Assembly (NCBI GenBank): GCA_003427395.1
Contig: BFEA01000001.1
Location: forward strand, 1,281,314 to 1,345,313
Length of the DNA stretch: 64,000 nt
Origin: Chara braunii
Lineage: Eukaryota; Plantae; Charophyceae
Direction of reading: 5' to 3'
A program made the translations under genes and the position numbers. The notes beneath the pieces are model-generated. The model saw only the letters and a program-made list of their open reading frames with translations. It searched no databases and was not told the DNA's origin. This document shows, piece by piece, positions 24,995 to 37,909 of this stretch (position 1 is its first letter; every line of letters begins with the position of its first letter).

Positions 24995-25534
24995 ATGCCG
25001 GCCCTCTTCCGCGCATCGACGACCTTCTCGAACGACGGGCGACACTAATTTTTTCTCCAAGCTTGACCTCAAATCGGAATATCACGAACTCGAGATCCGG
25101 CAGGAGGATGGCTACAAGACCGCGTTCAAGACACGATATGGGCATTTTGAATGGCTGGTTATGCCATTTGGCCTTACGAATGCCCCGGCCACGTTCCAAG
25201 CAGCTATGACGACGGAGTTCCGACACATGCTGGACAGATTTGTACTCATCGACGATATCTTGGTGTACAGCCGGAGTTTGGACGAGCATGTGGAGCACCT
25301 ACGGACCATTTTGGAGCGGCTACGACAAGCCAAGTACAAGGCCAACCGTGACAAATGTGAATTCACGCGGCAGGAGCTCGAGTACTTGGGCCATTATGTG
25401 ACGTCACAAGGCATTCGTCTGCTTACAGACAAGATCGAGGTCATCTGCATATGGCCCGAGCCCACCAACATCACGGACGTTCGCTCATTCATGGGGTTGG
25501 CGGGCTACTATCAATGCTTTATCACCGGGTACTA

Positions 25535-26092
25535 AGAACAGACTGGAGACGACTGTACGACACTGAAAAAGGGGAGCGAGGAAGGGAAAGTTGACCAAAG
25601 GGATGTTGGAAGTAAGGGTGCAAGGAATACAGGCTCCCAAATCACTCAATGAGAACAGATTCCTAACTTCCAGCCCAGAAAGGGACAGTAAGGTCCACAG
25701 GTTGAGGGTTTAGGGTCAAGGGTTTTAGTAGCATTTAGAAGAAAGGGACAGGCTTAACGGGATAGAGGATACCACGATTCACAGGTAGGACAGTTAAGTG
25801 GGGAATACACAAGTATGCAGAAATGATGGGCGAGCTCTTTCTAGGAGACACAGGATTATTTGGCAGAACTGATTTTTCAGGTCTGAGAGGGAAGAGTGAG
25901 ACACGGCAAGCTGACAGTCAATCCTCCTCCTAACGGTGGAGCAATCAATGCTGTTCAGGGGTCCTTCGGCCATACGGAAGGAAGCGTGCGTTTCTGCTGC
26001 AATGTAATGTGTATTCTGACTTGCCAGTGGAATAGGAACCAGACTGACGCTCCCCAGAATAGAAGGAGCCAGGACCATAAGGCCCTGTTTTG

Positions 26093-26132
<40 letters not shown>
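25535..26132 (+). mobile_element. 5'-truncated LINE 3' tail with long poly(A), replacing gypsy RNase H and the integrase N-terminus
   Basis: Conserved tail at 25910-26090 and poly(A) at 26093-26132. No TSD; the gypsy pol jumps from the RT end to mid-integrase. Confidence 0.88.
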
Positions 26133-26136
<4 letters not shown>

Positions 26137-28482
26137 GGTCAGAGACTTCGGGCTTCCAAAGTCTATTGTGAGTGACAGGGATGTCAGATTTACTAGTGAT
26201 TTGTGGAAAGACGCAGCTGCAGAACTGGGAACACAGCTGCAGATGACTTCTGGGAACCATCCAGAGGCCAATGGCCAAGCAGAGCAGATGAACCGCGCGG
26301 TACAACACCTGTTGCGGCATTACATTAAGCCCAATCAGGTGGACTGGGATGGGAAACTTGCTCTCATCGCCAGCCTGTACAACAACGCTGTGCACAGCGC
26401 CACTGGAGTTAAGTCCTAACAGTCTGCTACTGACTTTCAAGCCTAGACTGCCCCTAGACTTTCTGCTACCTGACAATCAGTCAACTGCTGCACCGGGCAC
26501 ACTTGAGTTTGCCTATCGCTATGAACAATTGATGCAGCAGTCAGTAGAACAAATGCATAAGGCACAGGCGGCAATGATAGAGTCTGAGAACAAACACTGC
26601 CGCCCTTCCACATTTCAGGTAGGGGACAGAGTCTGGGTAAAATCCTCAGAACTGGGCCAGGAGCACGGGATCTCCCGTAAGCTCATGCCACAGTACTTTG
26701 GACCATGGGAGGTTCTGGATGTTGTTGGGGAAGATCCGGATGGGCCATCCTATGTTATCCGGATCCCTGGTCATCTCCGCACTTACCCTGTCTTTCACGC
26801 CTCCAAGCTTGCACCATTCAAGGAAACTGACCAGTTTCCCTCTCGTCGCTCTATGCTGCCCCCAGCCATGGACGGAGAGGTCGACATCGATGATATCGTT
26901 GAGGGAGATGCCAGTTCCAAGACCGACAGGCAGAGGACGTCCGCCAAAACCGAAGATGCAGTACCGAGTTCGGTTCAGACATCACACTGATCCAAAGGAG
27001 GATAGATGGTTCACACGGGAGGAACTGATGCAGACCGCTACACAGGTTGTCGCTCACTACAAGAAAACTCTGCAGAAGGGAAAACGCCAGATTATCGAAG
27101 ACTGAACTTCTCATAGGACTATCGAAGTGTGGAGGAGGGAATGTGAGGCACAGGACCTCGATATGCCCTACAGGGCCTATTTTTCACACATTCGGCCGCC
27201 CTAAGTGAAGGCAGGCACAACCGAGGCCTACAGGCCATTTTGGGGTCACCACGCAACTGTGGAAATTCAGCCAGTTGCACAGCGCCAGTTGGTTGGAAGC
27301 GCCCAGGCCCAGGCCCAGGCTACCTTGCATCGCATGTAACTGAGGCAGGCCCTGGGCCAGATGCACAAAGAGGACCGAACAAAGGCTGAGGGCAGCTGGG
27401 TGCTGGTAACCACCACAGGCTCTGGGCCTGTTTACTTCGAACTGAGGCTCAGCCGTGGGGTCTACCGGAAGCTTCTGGGCCAAGGCCCAGTACCGCACTA
27501 CCGCACGCAGCAGCAGGCCACTTCGATATAGAGAAGGGCCTGCCTACGCATTGGACTTTCGGGCACTGGCTGCATGCTGCGCAAGCGCTCCTGCACTAAC
27601 GCTGGCCAGGCTCACGCGCTCTCGGGCGAGCTGGAAGGAGCAGGCAGCCATAGCCGAGCTGCGCTGCTGTATGCTGGATGGGGCGCATGGTGGTCCTTCG
27701 GTGCAAGTGGCATCTGTGAGTTGGGGAACGAGGTTGTGAGTGATACGAGAGACATACCCGGTGCTTGAGGCGTGCGGCATTGGCCGAGATCTGCTCGTAC
27801 TTGGGAAGCTGTTGACGTCATCAGCGGCATTGTAGTCTAGGCTAGATAGGATCTGCCATTCGTAGTCTTGGCGCCGAGCGCCAGATTGGATATCAACATT
27901 GGTTCTTCGTTGATGATGATGAGACCATTCCAGCATTGTCAATTATGAGCTTTTGGTGTGCTCTTATTTGGTGAAACTTGTGATGCAATTCTGCTATTGG
28001 TTCGAGGTCACGACTATCTGGTCTCATGTGCATGATGCTGTTTGATTTCTGAGGTTCACTATTGCTCATCTTCCTTGCACTTTTAGAGTCTCTTTTACTA
28101 ATTGACTGAACAAATCCTGATCCAGAGCCTGTGGTAAAGACTTGCTCTTCTATCCTTACCTGAACCCCATTAAACCGTGTACCGTTTCTGACTGGTAGGT
28201 CTACCATATTAAATATGCCGATCGAAAAATGGATCATCCTGACAGCATTAATTGCTTTCCTGTGGAAGGATGAACTGTCAGGCTCTGCCTCTCCATTACT
28301 TCACAGTCCTTTTTTTTTCAAAAAAACTGGAAACCAGGTCCAGCGTCCCTTATATCCAACAAAACGTATGCAATGCCTCCCTTCGTTATAATCAAGGGAG
28401 GTGTTCAGGTTGTAGTAATTCTCATGAACAATCACTTTCAAATTTCTTTTTGTGAAAAGAACACATTTGGCATGAAGAATCC

Positions 28483-29169
28483 AGTCAATCACTAGCTACA
28501 CAAGGTGAAAGAACAGCAACCCCAGTAGCTCAGATAGGTGTGCTGTATGCTCAGACCAAGGACTTCATTGCAGCCGAGTTTAGATGCAAATGGAGGCAAA
28601 CAAGACCAGAGGACTTCATTGAAGCCGAGATTAGGTGCAAATGGAGGCAAACAAGACCAGAGGACAAGGGTAGACTCAAAGCACGGTTCAGTTGATTATC
28701 ACTGTTGCAAGGGAAGATTGCAAGGGTGGAGGAATTTCGGATCAAGCGGAAGAAACGACACAACTCAGTTACATCCAACAGGGAAATCACCAGGCTGCCA
28801 CTGAGGGAACAGAACCAAGACAGATTCTGATACTGAGAATCAAGCCGACAAACCCACTGAGATCAAGGCTGCACCTAAGTACATATCTCGTGATTCTCTA
28901 CATATCTCGTGATTCTCGTTTCACTGGTCAAAGCTGACAGGTTCCACAATGGAACTTGGTAGGAACTCATGAGAAAGGCAAGGGGCAGTCAATCCTCCTG
29001 AAATATGGACCAATCAATACCGGTCAGGGGTCCTTCGGCCAGACAGAAGGAAGCATGCGGGTGTAATTGATGTACATCGCGGACTTGTCGGGGGGAAGGA
29101 ACCGAACTGATGCTCCACAGAATGGATATGGAGCCAGGTCTCATAAGGACATGTTTTTCAAGAAAAAAA
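28483..29169 (+). mobile_element. 5'-truncated LINE 3' fragment
   Basis: Diverged conserved tail at 28985-29155, an A-rich end, and a candidate TSD GAAGAATCC (28474-28482 / 29170-29178). Confidence 0.8.
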
Positions 29170-29743
29170 GAAGAATCCTAATCTAGCCTAGCTAGGTCAC
29201 ATTTCCATTACATACTTATTCTCCTCTGCTGTTACTGACACTGGGTATGATGGTGGGGAAGAACTCACACATGCCCACACTTCAACACGAACGTTGCCAG
29301 CAGCAACTCAATGCCAAATTTCTTTTGATGGCTTCAATCAGAACAAACTAACAAGATGCTCGCTATGGGCATCAAGGTTGCACTTTCAGCATGTTGTATT
29401 GAATACAAAACAGTAGGTTGCCACAATGCACTCTGACTCCGAACTTGCAACAGGCAGGCCGCAAGCATAGGATGACAATGCAGAGGTGGGCTTGTGAGCA
29501 AACGTAGGCATCCTGAAATGTGGGCTGCGAGCATGGACAGGCAACAAAGTCACGGATTTGAAGCAAAAAGTGGCAGTTGAAAACTGAAGTTCAGGGCGTG
29601 CTAGCATTTTTGTGAGCTTTGCATGTCCTAATGGGCTTCGCATGTTTTGGCAGGTTTTCACCAACAGGTCCACGGATTGATCCCTGGCCATGGACTACCA
29701 ATCTTTGACCATTGCTTTTTCAGTACTCTGACTGAGTCCTCAC

Positions 29744-29926
29744 CTGCCTCGCTCGAGCAAATTTACTCGTCTTGGGATTGTCAGTTCCTTTGAAGTACTT
29801 ATGCACAGCATCTCGCAACTTCATCTCGGCCTCCCTTGTGTCTGATGCTGAAGGATCATTCAATCTTGCGCTTTTTAGCGCATTGTTCGCCCTGCAGATC
29901 TCTTCCAATGCAACCGTGATGAGATC
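29744..29926 (-). CDS. NRPD1: Upstream exon of the same Pol IV/V-like largest subunit (61 codons)
   Basis: DLITVALEEICRANNALK...EAEMKLRDAVHKYF resembles RPB1 DDLTHKLADIVKANNQL...LLQFHVATM. The sites CCAG|GAT and CAG|GTGAGG are phase 0 and join in frame to the 6434 exon (…FARARQ|VWDDWD…). Confidence 0.75.
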
Positions 29927-30840
29927 CTGGCAGAACAAATGATTTTGTCAAATCAGTCACCAGTGCCACTATCCACTGCTGCAAATTAGAAAAACCATGT
30001 GAATCATGTGGATGACAACAATTACAAAAATCAAAGGGTTCCACCCAGTTTGTGCAACATTGTAGATAGCAGGAGTCGATCCCCAGACATTCCCTAGCCC
30101 ACTGTATAGTTGCCTGTTGACCCTGTGTGCTTTGAACCCGAGAGCTGTCCCTCAAACCGTGTACAAATGTTTTGTGTGTGCAGGTTGGGCCGTGTGGATT
30201 TGATCCATAGATTATTTGTTTAGAAGTCTTAAGGGTCGTCTGTAAGTTTCCTAAAATGACAAATTTACAGTTGACCTTTCGGAAGGTCAACTTGCAACGA
30301 CTTGCTGGTTTCAGTGGCCTGTAGCCTCTCTTGTCGAGGCTGTACCATAGGTAGGACAGATTCGCAATTTTGTTTGGCTGAGGGCTAACCGAGAGACCTG
30401 CCTGTAAGGAAAATTCGAGAGGACATATCTGCAAATTCGGGAAAATGTAGGCCCGTACTAACTAGAATTGCCTACAGTTGAACAGTGACCAACTTGGTCT
30501 TGGACCTGGACGGAAAATTGCACCAGCGCCACCGGTTAGCGCTCAGGAGTGACCGCCCCGCGACGCTTCGTTTCGCGCCACGCCTTGCCGCGCACTGACT
30601 TTCGTTCGAATTCGAAACTTCCCCGCACGCGACCCACACACGCCGTCCCCTACGCCCGCCATCGCACAACAGCATCAACGCGCCCATTACAGGAACCGCG
30701 AAGGAAACGGAGTCCCCCAATTGTGCGGCTCCCTACGAGGCCGCCATCGCACGGCCAATCGCCAAGCAACCCGTGGACCTATCAACAAGTGGCAACTTTC
30801 GGCGAAGGACTTTTCCATTTGAAGCGAGAGAGACGGAGAA

Positions 30841-30843
<3 letters not shown>

Positions 30844-30930
<87 letters not shown>
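30844..30930 (+). repeat. (GA)n microsatellite running into a gap
   Basis: Seen directly. Confidence 0.97.
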
Positions 30931-33358
30931 NNNNNNNNNNNNNNNNNNNNNNNNNNNNNNNNNNNNNNNNNNNNNNNNNNNNNNNNNNNNNNNNNNNNNN
31001 NNNNNNNNNNNNNNNNNNNNNNNNNNNNNNNNNNNNNNNNNNNNNNNNNNNNNNNNNNNNNNNNNNNNNNNNNNNNNNNNNNNNNNNNNNNNNNNNNNNN
31101 NNNNNNNNNNNNNNNNNNNNNNNNNNNNNNNNNNNNNNNNNNNNNNNNNNNNNNNNNNNNNNNNNNNNNNCAAGAAGGAATACGAAGACGAAGTTAGAAG
31201 CAAGAGACAAAGAGAGACAGAAAAGCTGAATCCTTGTTCTAGCCCGTGAGGTTGACACCTACATGCTTCGAGGACGTGCAAAGGACAATCATCATCACAA
31301 GCCCGTCATGGTTAGATATGACGTTCTAGTGTTTAGGTCATGTTTCGGCCTAAAAGGAATCTCAAGAGACCGACGTGTAAACACTGTGAGAAGTTACCAC
31401 GAAAACTTGCTTGATAGCCCCCCTCCACTCGCTCCCCCCATCACTCCCGCTACCCCCCTGCTTCTAACAATTTTGTTGTTCAAATCTCCTCACCAGACAT
31501 ACAATCTGTTCTAGACATATGAACCCACTCTCCCAAAACTTAATCCCCCCTCGTCCGAAATAATCGACCCACTCATCAAGAACCCGCCTTCCCAACTCCG
31601 ACTCGCACCTACCCCACTCCCGACTCACTTTATTTGCGCGCCCATCCCGTCACAATCCCCACAACTCTTCCTCCTTCCCCATACCCCCCCGTCTTCCTGA
31701 TCCCATCTCCTACTTAGTTCGCGCGCCCATCAAAACTCACTGATCCCGTCTTCTACACTACTTCCGGGCCCGTCTTCATGATACCGACTCAAACTTCCTA
31801 CCTTAGTTGCGCGCCCATCAGAACTTCCTGACCCTGTCTTCCCCACAAACACACCCGCTCCACCTTCCTACTTTATTCGCGCGCCCATCCCGTCGCATTC
31901 CCCACCACCCTTCTTCCTTCACCATTCCCCCCGTCACTCGTCCTCCTCTGTTTTGACGTCATCCCGACTTCCTCCCGCTACATCCCCGCTCCGATTCATC
32001 CCAGTTCGGAGCCATTACCCCGGTTCCTCCCGCTCCATCCCAGCTCCAACCCAACGCCCCCCCCTCCATCCCGGCCCATCTTGTTCCAGCCCGACTCCTT
32101 TCGCTCCTTCCCAACTCCTCCCGCCCTGTTTCTTCCCTTCATCACAGTCATGCTCCATTTCGGCTCCTCCCGCTCCATCCCCGTCCTGATTCATCCCAAC
32201 CCTGACGTATTCTCTATCCGAGAACCATCCCAACCCCGATCCTATCCCAGCCCGGTGTAGGGCCAAACCCCGGTAGACTTTTGAGCCTTAGTCGACCCCA
32301 CTGCGGGTCCCAGTTGGCTCGGCCCGCCCACGCTCATGCTCAGGGCGCGGGCCATTCGTCCCAGGGTCACCCCCACCTAGTGCTTTGAGATGGATGGGGG
32401 TGGGCCATCGCGCGAGAGAGCTTTGACATTGGGGATGTAGCTCAGCCCTCACGCCGGGTGGTAGTCTCGCTGGTCACTCCGCAACGCTCACTTTTTTTCG
32501 ATTCTTAGTTATGTTCTCAGGCAATTGCTCCTTCCAATACGCAGGCAGTCCAAGGGCTCTTTGAGTGTTTCTCTTCTCTTGTGCGCAGGCTAAGCGTCAT
32601 CCTTAGGCTGAGCACCATTTCCCTAAGTATTGTGATCCCCCGGCGTCATCGGGGTGCGGCGAAGCCGTCCTCCCCCTCGCCTCTACGCACCCCTCAGGTC
32701 TCATACTTCTCATTAAACCCTATTGACGTAGGCCCCTTAGTCTTTTCGGGGCCTTTACGTGCATGCGCACACAACTTCACATTTCCCTTGGCGAGATTGC
32801 ACTTCATTTTCTTATTTACACTCCAAGTCTCAAACACAAAGGTCATTTCCATGGGTTAGCCTTATGCTAAGGGTCCCGTAACCCCTTTGCCCCTCTTCCC
32901 TTTTCCTTTTGATGCCCGATTCCTCCCGACCCTATTCCGCTCAAGACATCCTTAGCCTTCACTTACCTGCACAATCCCGCACAAAGCAAAGATCCATACA
33001 ATCCCCCGTTGGGTGTCAACACAATACCTCCCCACATGCCTATCTTTCCATGCTCTTTGGCTGCTCTTTGTTCCCTTTCTTTGCTCAATCAGCCCATCCT
33101 CTTCTCATAGTCATGCAGTCGGGGGAATGGTTGAGTCAAACTGACCTCGCTTCAACTTATGCTTTCTTCCGGATTCCGCCTCTTTCCCACTCTTTTCAAA
33201 CGTCCTTTCCTTTGCCTTCTTGGTGGCACAAGGGACCGGCTACCCTCCCTTTGCCCTCTTTCTCCACCAAGTGAGGTCTGATCTCTTTTTACCGTTCGTA
33301 CCCGGCATTGTAACAAGTGAGGGGAGAAGAGTTAGTCATATGCCAAGTGAGGGGAAGC

Positions 33359-33385
33359 GAGAGAGAGAGAGCAAGAACGAAGAGG

Positions 33386-33436
<51 letters not shown>

Positions 33437-33480
33437 AGAAAGTGAGAAAGAGAGAGAGAGAAAGAGAAGAGAGAGAAGGG

Positions 33481-33570
<90 letters not shown>

Positions 33571-33574
33571 AGAG
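33359..33574 (+). repeat. Imperfect (GA)n microsatellite
   Basis: Seen directly. Confidence 0.95.
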
Positions 33575-33689
33575 ATTTCTAATCCTAATCAAATCATCAC
33601 CCGTAGTAACAGCCAAATGTCGGTCACCCATCCCATAGTAGTAGCAGCCAAATGTCAGTCACCCATCCCATAGTGAAAGATCAACTAAG

Positions 33690-35388
33690 CATGGACCGGA
33701 ATACTACAATACACATGAATTTGACAATGAGAGATTGATAAGCACATGCACACGTAGGAAGGAGCATCTAAGTACGACCGGAACACTAGAACACACATGT
33801 ACTTAACAATATGAGGATTGAATTAGTGAAAAGCACATCCATATGGAGGAGAAATCAACTAACTGTGAACCGGAACACTACAACACACATGTACTTGAAA
33901 ATGGGAACATTGGACTAGTGAAAGGGCACATGCATATAGAGGAGAGATCAACTAAGTATGAACCGGAACATCACAACCTGCATGAACTTGACAATGAGGA
34001 GCTTGAATTAGTGAAGGACATATGCATATAGAGGAGAGATCAAACTTAGTACGAATAGGAACATCACAACATGCATGAACTTGACAATGAGGACCTTGAA
34101 CTAGTAAAGGGCACATGCACATGGAGGAAAGATCAACTAAGTATGAACCGGAACATCACAACATACATGAACTTGACAATGAGAAGATTGGACTAGTAAA
34201 AGGGCACACGCATATAGAGGAGAAATCAACTAAGTATGAACTGAAACATCACAACATGCATGAACTTGACAATAAGGAGCTTGAACTAGTGAAGGACACA
34301 TGCACATAGGAGAGATCAAACTTAGTATGAAACGGAACATCACAACATGCATGAACTTGACGATGAGGAGCTTGAACTAGTGAAGGACACATGCACATGG
34401 AGGAAAGATCAACTAAGTATGAACCGGAACATCACAACATACATGAATTTGACAATGAGAAGATTGAACCAGTGAAGGACACATGCACATAGAGGAGAGA
34501 TCAACTAAGTATGAACCGGAACATCACAACATACATAAACTTGACAATGAGAAGATTGGACTAGTGAAAAGGCANNNNNNNNNNNNNNNNNNNNNNNNNN
34601 NNNNNNNNNNNNNNNNNNNNNNNNNNNNNNNNNNNNNNNNNNNNNNNNNNNNNNNNNNNNNNNNNNNNNNNNNNNNNNNNNNNNNNNNNNNNNNNNNNNN
34701 NNNNNNNNNNNNNNNNNNNNNNNNNNNNNNNNNNNNNNNNNNNNNNNNNNNNNNNNNNNNNNNNNNNNNNNNNNNNNNNNNNNNNNNNNNNNNNNNNNNN
34801 NNNNNNNNNNNNNNNNNNNNNNNNNNNNNNNNNNNNNNNNNNNNNNNNNNNNNNNNNNNNNNNNNNNNNNNNNNNNNNNNNNNNNNNNNNNNNNNNNNNN
34901 NNNNNNNNNNNNNNNNNNNNNNNNNNNNNNNNNNNNNNNNNNNNNNNNNNNNNNNNNNNNNNNNNNNNNNNNNNNNNNNNNNNNNNNNNNNNNNNNNNNN
35001 NNNNNNNNNNNNNNNNNNNNNNNNNNNNNNNNNNNNNNNNNNNNNNNNNNNNNNNNNNNNNNNNNNNNNNNNNNNNNNNNNNNNNNNNNNNNNNNNNNNN
35101 NNNNNNNNNNNNNNNNNNNNNNNNNNNNNNNNNNNNNNNNNNNNNNNNNNNNNNNNNNNNNNNNNNNNNNNNNNNNNNNNNNNNNNNNNNNNNNNNNNNN
35201 NNNNNNNNNNNNNNNNNNNNNNNNNNNNNNNNNNNNNNNNNNNNNNNNNNNNNNNNNNNNNNNNNNNNNNNNNNNNNNNNNNNNNNNNNNNNNNNNNNNN
35301 NNNNNNNNNNNNNNNNNNGCTTGGACTAGTGAAAAGGCACATGCACATAGAGGAGAGATCAACTAAGTATGAACCGGAACATCATCAT
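33690..35388 (+). repeat. Tandem satellite A, ~92-93 bp unit
   Basis: GAACATCACAAC...GAACTTGACAATGAG...ACTAGTGAA...GAGGAGAGATCAACTAAGTATGAACCG recurs every 92-93 bp and spans a gap. Confidence 0.93.
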
Positions 35389-37909
35389 GTGAGAGTTGAG
35401 CCATGTATGTGAGTGAGACTTGCGCAAACACATGCTCATGGCTCATGTATGCAACCAAGTTTGAAACGGAATGTCATCGTCCACCATGTGAGTGGAAGGC
35501 ACAAGCTCGACTAGTCCCAAAACACAAGTCTTGAGCACGAAATCACTTATCGAAGAATCGGATCATTTCCTACTAACATATGGGTAAGAATCAAGACTTA
35601 CATTAGACAAAATCACAAGTCTTGAGCAAGAGATCATCCATGAAAGAATCGGAGCATTTTCTACTAGCATGTGAGTGAAAGGCAAGAGTTACACTAGGCT
35701 ATATCACAAGACTTGAGCAAGAGATCATCCATGGAAGAATCGGAGCATCTGCTACTAGCATGTGATTGAAAAGCAAGATCTACACTAGTCCAAATCACAA
35801 GTAATGAGCATAAGATCATTCATAGAAGAAGCGGAGCATCTCCTACTAGCATGTGAGTGAAATGCAAGAGTTGAAGTAGCCCAAATCACAAAGTTTGAAC
35901 ATGAGATCACCCATAAAAGAATCGGGACATCTCCCACTAGCATATGAGTGAAATGCAAGAATTGAAGTAGCCCAAATCACAAAGATGAATATGAGATCAT
36001 CCATAGAAGAATCGAAACATCTCCTACTAGTGTGTGAGTGAAATGCAAGGGTTACACTAGGCTATATCACAAGATTTGAACAAGAGATCATCCATGGAAG
36101 AATCGGAGGATCTCCTACTGGCATGTGAGTGAAAAGCAAGATCTACACTAGTCCAAATCACAAGTAATGAGCATGAGATCATCCATGAAAGAATCGGAGC
36201 ATCACCTACTAGTGTGTGAGTGAAATGCAAGAGTTTGAGTAACCCAAATCACAAGTGTTGAGCATGAGATCATTCATAGAAGAATCGGAGCATCATCTAC
36301 TAGCGTGTGAGTGAAATGCAAGAGTTATACTAGGCCAAATCACAAGAATTGAACATGAGATCATCCATGGAAGAATCGGAGCATCCCCTACTAGCATTTG
36401 AGTGGAAAGCAAGATCTACACTAGACCAAATCACAAGAATTGAGCATGAGATCATCCATGAAAGAATCGGAGCATCACCTACTAGTGTGTGAATGAAATG
36501 CAAGAGTTTGAGTAACCCAAATCACAAGTGTTGAGCATGAGATAATTCGTAGAAGAATCGGAGCATCTCCTACTAGCATGTGAGTGAAAAGCAAGATCTA
36601 CACTGAGCATGAGATCATCCATGAAAGAATCGGAGCATCACCTACTAATGTGTGAATGAAATGCAAGAGTTTGAGTAGCCCAAAACACAAGTGTTGCGCA
36701 TGAGATCATTCATAGAAAAATCGGAGCATCTCCTATTAGCACGTGAGTGAAAAGCAAGATCTACACTCTTCCAAATCACAAGTAATGAGCATGAGATCAT
36801 TCATGAAAGAATCGGAACATCTCCTTTTACTGTGTGAGCGAAATGCAAGAGTTACACTAGTCCAAATCACAAGTAATGAGCATAAGATCATTCATAGAAG
36901 AATCGGAGCATCTCCTACTAATGTGTGAGTGAAATGCACGAGTTATACTAGGCTATATCACAAGATTTGAGCAAGAGATCATCCATGGAGGAATCAGAGG
37001 ATCTCCTACTAGCATATAAGTGAAAACAAGATCTACACTAGCCCAAATCATAAGTAATGAGCATGAGATCATCCATGAAAGAATCGGAGCATCATCTACT
37101 AATGTGTGAGTGAAATGCAAGAGTTATACTAGGCTATATCACAAGATTTGAGCAAGAGATCATCCATGGAGGAATCGGAGGATCTCCTACTAACATGTGA
37201 GCGAAATGCAAGATCTACACTAGTCCAAATCACAAGTAATGAGCATGAGATCATTCATGAAAGAATCGGAACATCTCCTACTAGTGTGTGAGTGAAATGC
37301 AAGAGTTAAGGTCTCGTTAGACACTCTTAAAAGTTTCTGTTTTTTGGATTGCGTCTTCGTTGCACGCGATCCTAAATCCAATTTCGAGATCGAAAATGTG
37401 AAAACGGCGTTAGAACGAGTCCTAAAGGATTTAGGATTCCCCAGGCAAAATCGTCCTAAATTTTCCAGTAGCCCCCGACCTACTGAAAAATTTAGGATTC
37501 CCGCGTTTCACGAACTCGTTGCGTCGCGCGCATGGCACCGTTGCCACGGGGTTGCTGGTCCAGGAGTGGTCCGTCGGGTGGGTGGCCGGACATCGGAGGT
37601 TTTCTGCGGGTCGGGGCCGGCAACGGCCACCAGCGGTAGCCGTTGGCCGACGGGGTGCAGCGCGAGGGGGGGCGACGGTGGGCGGGCTGGCGTCCGTAGT
37701 GGACCGTTGGCTCGGTTGCGGGTGACGAAGGAGGACGACGACGTGCGCGGGACACAGTACGGAGGCATTTGGGGCGGTGCGCGGGCGGCGACGGTCGATT
37801 TTCGAATCGCAGGCAGGCAGCTTTGTCGTTTTTTGTGTGTGTTGTCGGCATATGAAGGTCGAGCGGCCCTATCCCCCGGCATGTCGGAACACTCTTCTGC
37901 AGTAGTTGC

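Larger units (their letters stand above)
20351..28244 (+). mobile_element. Ty3/gypsy chromovirus-type LTR retrotransposon, degenerate, with 3' LTR
   Basis: gag from 20627; protease (ALINCGATRNYI, Asp lost); RT ([46 protein letters not shown]); integrase (SIVSDRD, HPEANGQAE, YFGPW, YPVFHASKL); chromodomain 26880-27105; polypurine tract GGAGGAGGGAA at 27131-27141; LTR TGTGA...GACA 27142-28244 (right end tentative). Confidence 0.9.

Noticed and set aside
27544-28237. Minus-strand ORFs as extra polymerase exons
   Set aside because: They have no RPB1 motifs, and the region lies within the gypsy 3' LTR.
33690-37308. Regular repeat arrays as CRISPR-like arrays or repeat-protein genes
   Set aside because: Whole monomers are homologous with no unique spacers and no cas genes. 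The 91-93 bp units break the reading frame.
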